Source of the DNA: Bacteroidales bacterium
GTDB lineage: Bacteria > Bacteroidota > Bacteroidia > Bacteroidales > UBA932
Direction: 5' to 3'
Assembly: GCA_017445015.1 (NCBI GenBank)
Contig: JAFSVL010000078.1
Coordinates: forward strand, 33,909-97,908
DNA length: 64,000 nucleotides
Shown in pieces: positions 30,440-38,184 of the stretch (within the stretch, counting starts at the first letter, position 1; every line of letters begins with the position of its first letter). A program made the position numbers and the translations under genes. The notes under the pieces were generated by a model that worked only from the letters and a program-made list of their open reading frames with translations, was not told where the DNA came from and did not search any database.

Positions 30440-31224
30440 TGCAAATCCATAAAGTTCATCGGATTGACCGGCGTTCCGCGGTAGCGCACTTCATAGTGCA
30501 GGTGCGGGCCGGTGGACTTCCCCGTCGTCCCCACCGTCCCGATCAGCGTCCCCCGCTTGACACGCTGCCCTTCGTGCACATACATCCGGTTGAGATGGGC
30601 GTAGCGCGTCTTGTAGCCGAATCCGTGATTCACCGTGACCACCCTGCCGTAACCGCCTATATTGAACGAGGCTTCCTCCACGATACCGTCGCCGGTCACA
30701 TAGACGGGACTGCCCCGGCGCATGGCGATATCCACCCCCGAATGGCCTTCCGCCCCTCCGAACACCGGATCCGTACGCCAGCCGAACCGGCTGGAGAGGT
30801 GATAGGCCGCACTCGTATCGATGGGCGGGATGGAAGGCAGGCACTGCTGCATCTCCCCGGTCTGCGCATGCACTTTCAGCAGTTCGTCAAGCACCATCTC
30901 CTGGAGGGACACCCGCCTGTAAAGGCTGTCCAGCCGCACGGAAAGGATATCGGGATCCCACTCCGCCCCGGCTGCCGGCTCCCCGGCCCGCCGCAGCGGA
31001 TCCATCCCATAGAGCGGACGGTACACATAATCGCTGCGGCCTTCGACGGTGCGGAGCCGTTCCTCGCAGGGGCCGGTACGGGCGGTAAGCAATTCCACCC
31101 GGGATTTCAGACGGTCGAGACGCAGACGCATCACCGCCGTTTTGGGCGGTTCCAGACGCAACAGCCCGAAATACAGCAGGAGATACAGCCCCGCAAGGCC
31201 GACGACCCAGGCGACATTCCGCAT
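30436..31224 (-). CDS. M23-family metallopeptidase
   Basis: HSGVD, YAHL and STGPHLHYEV motifs; ATG 31224 lies just after a -7 element. Confidence 0.9.
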   Translation of the reverse strand: MRNVAWVVGLAGLYLLLYFGLLRLEPPKTAVMRLRLDRLKSRVELLTARTGPCEERLRTVEGRSDYVYRPLYGMDPLRRAGEPAAGAEWDPDILSVRLDSLYRRVSLQEMVLDELLKVHAQTGEMQQCLPSIPPIDTSAAYHLSSRFGWRTDPVFGGAEGHSGVDIAMRRGSPVYVTGDGIVEEASFNIGGYGRVVTVNHGFGYKTRYAHLNRMYVHEGQRVKRGTLIGTVGTTGKSTGPHLHYEVRYRGTPVNPMNFMDLQ

Positions 31225-31230
31225 AATAGG

Positions 31231-31238
31231 CAAAGATA
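31231..31238 (-). promoter_or_regulatory. Bacteroidota -7 element (TATCTTTG) for the M23-M23-MerR genes
   Basis: Matches TAnnTTTG; 6 nt upstream of ATG 31224. Confidence 0.6.
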
Positions 31239-31239
31239 A

Positions 31240-33684
31240 TTATTTTTCGGGAATTCCCGTCAGGCGCTCGCGCTCCCGCCTGGAAGTGCCGGCCGCGGCA
31301 TGCCAGGCCTCGGGATCCCGGAAACCGGCGAGGAAGGCCTTCACGTCCATCCGCTTCTTGCCGCCGAGCTGCAGGTCGGTCAGGGCCAGCGCCCCGTCCG
31401 AGGTGGCGATGGCGAAACGCGATTTCCCATCGGAAATCACCGTACCGGCAGGCGCGTGCGCATCGATGATTTCCGCATTAAAAATCTTGAGCGGAAGGCT
31501 CTGCGCCCCTTCTTTTTCGAGTTGGGTAAAGGCTGCCGGATGGGGGCTGAGGCCGCGGATCAGGTTCAGCAGATTGGCGCTGGTATCGTTCCAGTCCAGG
31601 AAGCAGAGTTCGCGCGTCAGTTTCGGCGCGGGACGCAGCACCTCGGAGCCCTGGATAAAGGAACGCTGCACACGGGTTTCCACATTGCCTTGCACCAGCC
31701 CCTCGACGGTCTGGAGGACCAGCTGCGCGCCGACGGGCATCAGTTTGTCATGCAGGCTCCCGGCGGTTTCCCCGGGCGAAAGCCGGCACTCTTCGCGCAG
31801 GATGATGCCGCCCGTATCGATATCCTTGTCAATCATGAAGGTGGTCACGCCGCTCAGCCGTTCCCCATTAATCACCGCCCAGTTGATGGGAGCGGCACCC
31901 CGGTACTGCGGGAGCAGCGCGGCATGCAGATTGAAGGTGCCCAGGCGCGGCATCGACCAGACCTCCTCGGGCAGCATGCGGAATGCCACGACGATAAAAA
32001 GGTCGGCCTTGAGGGCACGCAGTTCCGCCAGGAATTCCGGATCCTTGAGCCTGAGCGGCTGCAGCACGGGGATGCCGTGTTCCACCGCATATTGCTTGAC
32101 GGCGCTCTCCCCTGCCTTGAGTCCCCTTCCGGAAGGCTTGTCCGCCACCGTCACCACACCCACGACCTTATAACGGGCCTGCACGAGGGCATCGAGGGGC
32201 GCCACCGCAAACCCGGGCGTCCCCATATACACGATACGGACCGGCCGGAAGAAACCGGAAATCCGGCTCCAGACCCTGCGGAACGCACTTTTCAGCGTAT
32301 CATTTCCACTAAGCAGCGAGGCGTCGTGCACCGCCTTCCAGGTCAGATACCCGCCGATGGGCAAGAGGACATAGGCCGATATGAACGCTCCGGTAAACGC
32401 ACCTATGGCACCGTCCCGCGCCAGTTTCGTTCCGGAAATATCCACCACCCAGTACAGCACGAAGAACAGCACCGAGACAATGGCGCTGGTGCCCAGTCCG
32501 CCCTTGCGGATCAGCGCCCCCAGCGGCGCCCCGATAAAGAACAGGATAAAGCAGGCCAGCGCCTGCGCGTATTTTTTCAGGACTTCGATATCGGCGCGGT
32601 TCAGGTAGAAATTGTATTCATAGACATCCCGGTCATAAGAAGAGAGTTCCCCGGAAAACCGCTCCGCGCATTCCGAGGCCCGGCGTAAAGCATCGATTTC
32701 ATCCTCAGACCGCGCCCAACGGCAAAAATTATCCGCCCGGAAGCGCTGCGTCGCACGATAATGCGAAGCCGTATCCAGCTGGTTGCGCAGCATAAAGACC
32801 GGAGAAGCGGCCATCGAACGGTAATGGCGTTCCTGCTGCTCGCGGTTCAGGCGTCCCAGGGAATCCTGAAGATAGCGCAACTGCTTTACATCCTGGGATT
32901 TGATCTGGTCTCCGAAGCGGCTGGAATCCGATTTTTCAAAACTATAATTCTTCAGGGGGATGACCAGGTCCTGTCGCGAGAAGGCGATACGCTGGAGTTC
33001 CAGTGTCGTATCGCGGTATTTCTTGACATTGTTTTCCTGATAGTTGGCACCTTCATACAGCGTAAAAATCAGGTAGTCCTTGCCCGGAGACATCTTCAGC
33101 AGGGCCGAATCCGCCAGCATCAGCGCCGTGTTCCCCTTGCCGCCGGTATGGTCGTAAACCATCACCCCGTGCATCATGCCCGTTGCATCGTCCTGCGCAT
33201 CCACCCGGAGCATATACCCCTCGATGCCTTCGTAAAAGACGCCGGAAGGAATCTTGATTTCGGATTTCGTGCGGCCGATGTCGTCCCGGAGCGTAAAAAT
33301 CTCATTATAGGCCCGGGGAACCAGTTTATTGCCGGAATAGAAGGCAAAAACACAGATAATGAGCGAAATGACGGTCAGCGGCGCCATGACGCGGATCAGC
33401 GATATCCCCGCAGCCTTGATGGCCATCAGTTCGTTGTTTTCCGCCATTTGTCCGACGGTCATCATCGAGGCGAGCAGGGTCGATAGCGGCAAGGCAAGAG
33501 GCAGGATGGTACACGCCCCCCACATCATAAACTCCGCGATGACCCCCAGGCTCAGGCCCTTCCCCACCAGCTCGTCGATGTAGAGCCAGAGGAACTGCAT
33601 CATCAGCACGAAGATAACGACCAGTAAGATCGCTATGAACGGCAGCAAAAATGCCTTGACGATGAACCTGTCGAGTCGTTTCAA
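31240..33684 (-). CDS. fmt: Fusion of LptF/LptG-family LPS export permease (N-term) and methionyl-tRNA formyltransferase (C-term)
   Basis: N-term LDRFI...LPLALPLSTLLAS...NELMAIKAAGIS...IGAPLG (LptF/G); C-term RIVYMGTP, DKPSGRG, NLHAALLPQYRGAAPINWA and DTG (Fmt); one uninterrupted 814-aa frame. Confidence 0.88.
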   Translation of the reverse strand: MKRLDRFIVKAFLLPFIAILLVVIFVLMMQFLWLYIDELVGKGLSLGVIAEFMMWGACTILPLALPLSTLLASMMTVGQMAENNELMAIKAAGISLIRVMAPLTVISLIICVFAFYSGNKLVPRAYNEIFTLRDDIGRTKSEIKIPSGVFYEGIEGYMLRVDAQDDATGMMHGVMVYDHTGGKGNTALMLADSALLKMSPGKDYLIFTLYEGANYQENNVKKYRDTTLELQRIAFSRQDLVIPLKNYSFEKSDSSRFGDQIKSQDVKQLRYLQDSLGRLNREQQERHYRSMAASPVFMLRNQLDTASHYRATQRFRADNFCRWARSEDEIDALRRASECAERFSGELSSYDRDVYEYNFYLNRADIEVLKKYAQALACFILFFIGAPLGALIRKGGLGTSAIVSVLFFVLYWVVDISGTKLARDGAIGAFTGAFISAYVLLPIGGYLTWKAVHDASLLSGNDTLKSAFRRVWSRISGFFRPVRIVYMGTPGFAVAPLDALVQARYKVVGVVTVADKPSGRGLKAGESAVKQYAVEHGIPVLQPLRLKDPEFLAELRALKADLFIVVAFRMLPEEVWSMPRLGTFNLHAALLPQYRGAAPINWAVINGERLSGVTTFMIDKDIDTGGIILREECRLSPGETAGSLHDKLMPVGAQLVLQTVEGLVQGNVETRVQRSFIQGSEVLRPAPKLTRELCFLDWNDTSANLLNLIRGLSPHPAAFTQLEKEGAQSLPLKIFNAEIIDAHAPAGTVISDGKSRFAIATSDGALALTDLQLGGKKRMDVKAFLAGFRDPEAWHAAAGTSRRERERLTGIPEK

Positions 33685-36308
33685 ATCTGCTCCGAGAATA
33701 ATTTCAAAGCCTCGGGAAGTCCCTGCAGGTTTTTACCTCCCGCCGTAGCAAGACCGGCCTGACCGCCGCCGCCGCCCTGGATGAAACGGGCCGCGCTCTT
33801 CACAAGCGCCGCTGCATCCTTCCCGGCCGCGACAAGGTCGGCACTGTACATGACCATCAGTTGCGGACGTCCTTCGCTTTCGACGGCCGCCGCCACCGCC
33901 AGGTTGTTTTCCTCCTTCTGGAGCATCAGCAGCGCAGAGCGCAGCATCGCCGCATCGGTGGAACCCTCCACCAGGACAAGGCGCATCCCCGCCTTTTCAC
34001 GCACTTTGGAGAGGATATCGCGCTTGAGCGCGAGCGTACGCTCCTTCACCAGTTCATCCGCCATCTTCTTGTATGCAGCGTTCTCGGAGAGCAGTTTGCG
34101 GATGCCTGCCCCAAGGTCCTGCGCATTTCCGAGCAGTTCCTTCGCCTCATGCACGGCCGATTCAAAGCCGTTGAGCCTCTCCAGCGCCTCTTCACCGGTC
34201 ACCGCTTCGATACGGCGTACGCCGGCCGCAATCGCGCCTTCGGAGACAATCTTGAACAGGCCGATATTGCCGGTCGCCGAGGTATGGCAGCCACCGCAGA
34301 GTTCGACGCTGTCGGCGAACTTGACGACGCGGACCTCATCCCCGTATTTTTCACCGAAGAGCGCCATCGCGCCCATTTTCTGCGCTTCCGCCATCGTGGC
34401 GTGACGGTTCTCTTCCAGCGGGCTGTTGGCGCGGATGAAGGCGTTTACGCGCGCCTCCACCTTCGCTGTCTGTTCGGGCGAAAGTTTCTCGAAATGCGAG
34501 AAGTCGAAACGGAAATAATCCTCGGTGACAAAGGAGCCCTTCTGCTCGACATGGGTGCCGAGGATTTCCCGCAGGGCCCTGTGCAGCAAATGCGTACAAG
34601 TATGGTTGTTGGCAATCTTCAGACGTCGCGGGGCATTGACGACCAGCGTGAAGAGCCCGCTGCAGTCCGTCGGAAGCTTTTCGGCGATATGGATCGTCAG
34701 GTCATTTTCCTTGACCGTATTGAGGATGGAGACTTTTTCGCCGTTTTCGGCTATGATGCTGCCGGTGTCGCCCACTTCGCCGCCCATCTCTCCGTAGAAC
34801 GGGGTGCGGTCGAAGACGAGCTGGATCATCTCCTTGTTTTTCTGAATGACGGTACGCTGCTTGAGCAGGCGCGCGCCATAGGTAATCGTCTCGTCATAGC
34901 CCGTGAACTCCACGCCCTCGCCTTCGTGATAGACAATCCAGTCGCCGAATTCGTTGGCGGTGGCGTTGCGGGCGCGCTCCTTCTGCTTTTCCAGCTCCTG
35001 CCGGAACCCTTCCAGGTCCACGGTAAAGCCGTATTCCGCGGCGATGAGCTGCGTCAGGTCGATGGGGAAACCATAGGTGTCGTAGAGAAGGAAGGCACTC
35101 TTACCGCTCATCGACTGCTTGCCGGGGTTTTTGGCCATATAGTCGTCGATGAGTTTGATGCCGCGGTCCAGCGTACGCAGGAAGGCCATTTCCTCTTCTT
35201 TGATGACGCTCGTAATCAGCTTCTGCTGGCTGGCGAGTTCCGGATAGGCCTCCCCGAGTTCCGATACGAGCTGCGGGACGAGCCGGCAGAGGAAGGGTTC
35301 GCCCAGACCCAGGAAGGTGAAGCCGTAGCGCACCGCACGGCGCAGGATACGGCGGATGACATAGCCCGCCTTGACGTTGGAAGGCAGCTGGCCGTCCGCA
35401 ATCGAAAAACTGATGGCGCGGATGTGGTCGGCGATCACACGCATCGCCACTTCGGTCTTTTCAGACTCGTGATAGCTGTGTCCGGAGATACGCTCCACCA
35501 CCCCGATCAGGCCCGTGAATACATCCGTATCATAGTTGCTGTTCTTTCCCTGAAGTACCGCGCAGAGCCGCTCGAAGCCCATTCCCGTATCAATGTTTTT
35601 CGCAGGAAGCAGTTCCAGCGACCCGTCCGCCTTGCGGTTGTACTGCATGAACACGAGGTTCCAGATTTCAATCACGTGCGGGTCCGACTTGTTGACGAGG
35701 TCCCGCCCCGCAATGCCCGATTTTTTCTCTTCCGGGGTACGGATGTCGATATGGATTTCCGAGCAGGGGCCGCAGGGACCGGTGTCGCCCATTTCCCAGA
35801 AATTGTCATGCTTGGTGCCGAGGATGATATGGTCAGGGCTCATGTGCTTGAGCCATGCCTGGCGTGCTTCTTCGTCCATGAGCGTCCCGTCTTCCTCGCT
35901 GCCCTCGAATACCGTGGCGTAGAGCAGGTTCTTGTCAATCTTATAGACCTCCGTCAGGAGTTCCCAGGCCCAGTCGATGGCTTCGGTCTTGAAATAGTCG
36001 CCGAAACTCCAGTTGCCCAGCATCTCGAACATCGTGTGGTGGTAGGTGTCATGCCCCACCTCTTCCAGGTCGTTATGCTTTCCGCTTACCCGCAGGCATT
36101 TCTGCGAGTCCGCGGCCCGTTTGAACCGGGGGGCGTTATTCCCCAGGAAAATATCTTTGAACTGGTTCATCCCCGCGTTGGTAAACATCAGCGTGGGGTC
36201 ATTTTTGAGCACCATGGGAGCGGAAGGGACGATCGTGTGTCCCTTTTCCGCAAAAAAGTCCAGGAATTTCTGCCTGATTTCCTTAGCCGTCATATTATTG
36301 TTTTCCAT
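33681..36308 (-). CDS. alaS: Alanine--tRNA ligase
   Basis: FTNAGMNQFK, HHTMFEMLGNWSFGDYFK, HTCTHLLH, ELCGGCH and GGGGG motifs; real start at 36308 (MENNN) or 36293 (MTAKE). Confidence 0.97.
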   Translation of the reverse strand: MENNNMTAKEIRQKFLDFFAEKGHTIVPSAPMVLKNDPTLMFTNAGMNQFKDIFLGNNAPRFKRAADSQKCLRVSGKHNDLEEVGHDTYHHTMFEMLGNWSFGDYFKTEAIDWAWELLTEVYKIDKNLLYATVFEGSEEDGTLMDEEARQAWLKHMSPDHIILGTKHDNFWEMGDTGPCGPCSEIHIDIRTPEEKKSGIAGRDLVNKSDPHVIEIWNLVFMQYNRKADGSLELLPAKNIDTGMGFERLCAVLQGKNSNYDTDVFTGLIGVVERISGHSYHESEKTEVAMRVIADHIRAISFSIADGQLPSNVKAGYVIRRILRRAVRYGFTFLGLGEPFLCRLVPQLVSELGEAYPELASQQKLITSVIKEEEMAFLRTLDRGIKLIDDYMAKNPGKQSMSGKSAFLLYDTYGFPIDLTQLIAAEYGFTVDLEGFRQELEKQKERARNATANEFGDWIVYHEGEGVEFTGYDETITYGARLLKQRTVIQKNKEMIQLVFDRTPFYGEMGGEVGDTGSIIAENGEKVSILNTVKENDLTIHIAEKLPTDCSGLFTLVVNAPRRLKIANNHTCTHLLHRALREILGTHVEQKGSFVTEDYFRFDFSHFEKLSPEQTAKVEARVNAFIRANSPLEENRHATMAEAQKMGAMALFGEKYGDEVRVVKFADSVELCGGCHTSATGNIGLFKIVSEGAIAAGVRRIEAVTGEEALERLNGFESAVHEAKELLGNAQDLGAGIRKLLSENAAYKKMADELVKERTLALKRDILSKVREKAGMRLVLVEGSTDAAMLRSALLMLQKEENNLAVAAAVESEGRPQLMVMYSADLVAAGKDAAALVKSAARFIQGGGGGQAGLATAGGKNLQGLPEALKLFSEQI

Positions 36309-36324
36309 TTCTTTACACTTTACA

Positions 36325-36486
36325 GTCGCTCCGCTGGCGGGAGGAATAAGGCTTCTGCTCCCTGTTGCTTTGCAACCCTGTCCGGGTAAATGGTCGCTCC
36401 GCTGTCGGGAAAAAGAAGGCTTCTGCTCCCTGTTGCTTCGCAACCCTGTCCGGGTAAATGGTCGCAGAAGCCTTCTTCCTCCCGCC
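36325..36486. repeat. Two 68-bp tandem direct repeats plus a 23-bp inverted arm (REP/MITE-like) in the alaS leader
   Basis: Units 36325-36392 and 36393-36460 differ at 5 positions; 36464-36486 is the reverse complement of 36336-36358 (22/23) and 36404-36426 (20/23). Confidence 0.85.
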
Positions 36487-36521
36487 TGACGCTTCGCGGC
36501 CCCTATCCGGGAACCAATCCG

Positions 36522-36529
36522 CAAAGATA
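36522..36529 (-). promoter_or_regulatory. Bacteroidota -7 element (TATCTTTG) for alaS
   Basis: Matches TAnnTTTG about 215 nt upstream of the alaS start. Confidence 0.6.
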
Positions 36530-36575
36530 CGAAATATTCAGGATAGTACAACCGGTCCCGACCTTCCCGGCCGTC

Positions 36576-36787
36576 AGGGACAGCAACCTCCTCAAAAACA
36601 GCCGAAAACGCGTAGGTTGCTGTCCCTATGGCTCGCGGAAACTGCGAAACTTGGCTAAAAACCGGGGTCACGAATGCCGGGCCAATCAAAAAGGACCTCT
36701 CGGCGTTCAATTTTGGGCGATATTGTACGAAGGGAGGTCCCCCAGGAACCTGTCTCCGAACAACATCCTGCGATTTTGTTTGACAGG
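36576..36787. repeat. Array of adjacent, non-identical inverted repeats
   Basis: Perfect 14-bp IR AGGGACAGCAACCT/AGGTTGCTGTCCCT (36576-36589/36614-36627), followed by shorter IRs at about 36629-36684, 36693-36740 and 36749-36787. Confidence 0.6.
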
Positions 36788-36857
36788 AGGGCCCTTCAAG
36801 AAGATGGTTGCCCGACCTGCCCGACATAAAATATTTTGGTCTGGAGAGCGGTGGCCC

Positions 36858-38171
36858 CTACGCCTGCCGCAGCGTTTCGATGAGCCGATCGATGCGGCGG
36901 ATTTCTCCGGGGATGGGGATATGCTGGGGGCAAAGGGGGACGCACTGGGCGCAACCGATGCAATGGTCCGCCTGCGCAGCGCTCAGCACGGCCTTGTCAT
37001 AGGCGGCGAGATAGCGTCTGCGTGCCCGCTCGAAGTCCTTCTGTTCCGGAGTAATGAGGTAGGTGTCGTTATCGACGGTGGAGTTATAGAAGTGGAAGAG
37101 GCCGGGGATGTCGATGCCGTAAGGGCAGGGCATGCAGTAGCGGCAGGCCGTGCAGCGCACCTTGGGATAGGCGCTGACTTGCTCCGCAATCTCTTCAAGC
37201 AGCGCGAATTCTTCCGCCGAAAGCGGCTCGAAATCGATATATGTCCGCAGATTGTCCTCCAGATGCTCGCGATAGGTCATGCCGCTGAGCACCGTCAGCA
37301 CCTTGGGAAACGAGCCGACGAAGCGGAAGGCCCATGAAGCGATGCTCGCCTGCGGCCGGAGGGCTTTCAGGCGGTCGGACAGGGCGGCGGGAAGGGAACC
37401 CAGTTCGCCGCCGCGAAGCGGCTCCATCATCACCACGGGGATATCCAGCGCCTCAAGCACGGCGTACATGTGATCCGCGTTGGTATTGCGCCGCCCCGCA
37501 TGCTTCCAGTCCAGATAGTTCATCTGGATCTGCACGAAATCCCAATGGTATTTATCGTGCAGGGCGATGAGGGAATCGAAGCCTTCCCGGTTCCCGTGGA
37601 ACGAGAAGCCGAGGCGGCGGATGCGGCCGGCCTCGCGCTCCCTGAGCACGAAATCCATCACGCCCGTCTTTATGAACCGCTCATCGAGCGCCTCCGCCCC
37701 GCTCAGCGAATGTAGCAGGTAATTGTCGATATAATCCGTCCGGAAGAGTTCCATCGAGCGGCGGTACATCGCCACTGCATCCTCATAGTTTACATTGCGG
37801 AAAATGGAAAGTTTGGTCGCCAGCTGCCACTGGTCGCGGGGATGGCGGCACAGTGCCTCGGCCGTCGCACGCTCGCTGTCGCCGCCATGATATACCGGCG
37901 ACGTATCAAAGTAATTCACCCCGTGGGAGAGGGCCTCGTCCACCAGACGGTTGACTTCCTCCTGAATGATGCGCTTTCCGCCCTCGCCGTCTTCCTCCTC
38001 GGGCCAGCGCATGCAGCCATATCCCAGCAGTCCCGTTCCGGGATAATGCTGGATAACCTGCCCCTCTATGGGGGCGGCGCCTTTTGGGCCGCGGGGTGCG
38101 CAGGCCGTAGCGCCCAGTCCCAGCGTCGCCATTCCGGCCGATTTTATAAACTCTCTTCTGTTCATTGCCAT
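36858..38171 (-). CDS. Tat-exported aldo/keto reductase with C-terminal 4Fe-4S dicluster
   Basis: MNRREFIK twin-arginine signal; LGYGCMR, NYFDTS, GFSFH and MEPLRGG motifs; CTACRYCMPCP and CIGCAQCVPLCP. Confidence 0.88.
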   Translation of the reverse strand: MAMNRREFIKSAGMATLGLGATACAPRGPKGAAPIEGQVIQHYPGTGLLGYGCMRWPEEEDGEGGKRIIQEEVNRLVDEALSHGVNYFDTSPVYHGGDSERATAEALCRHPRDQWQLATKLSIFRNVNYEDAVAMYRRSMELFRTDYIDNYLLHSLSGAEALDERFIKTGVMDFVLREREAGRIRRLGFSFHGNREGFDSLIALHDKYHWDFVQIQMNYLDWKHAGRRNTNADHMYAVLEALDIPVVMMEPLRGGELGSLPAALSDRLKALRPQASIASWAFRFVGSFPKVLTVLSGMTYREHLEDNLRTYIDFEPLSAEEFALLEEIAEQVSAYPKVRCTACRYCMPCPYGIDIPGLFHFYNSTVDNDTYLITPEQKDFERARRRYLAAYDKAVLSAAQADHCIGCAQCVPLCPQHIPIPGEIRRIDRLIETLRQA

Positions 38172-38184
38172 ACAGCGTCAGGTC

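Noticed and set aside
33861-36389. 842-aa ORF antisense to alaS
   Set aside because: Shadow ORF with no recognisable domain.
36325-36486. Possible CRISPR array or T-box riboswitch
   Set aside because: Only two abutting 68-bp units with no unique spacers and no cas genes; no T-box consensus (UGGNACC within AAUUAGGGUGGNACCGCG-like context) seen on the mRNA strand.
36309-36827. 173-aa N-terminal extension of AlaS in the track
   Set aside because: Low-complexity translation of repeats and hairpins; a -7 promoter element lies inside it and AlaS homology starts at MTAKEIR.
36530-36857. Possible tmRNA, RNase P RNA or tRNA
   Set aside because: No GAGGAAAGUCC, no tRNA-like T-arm or CCA end recognised on either strand; kept only as an unclassified hairpin array.
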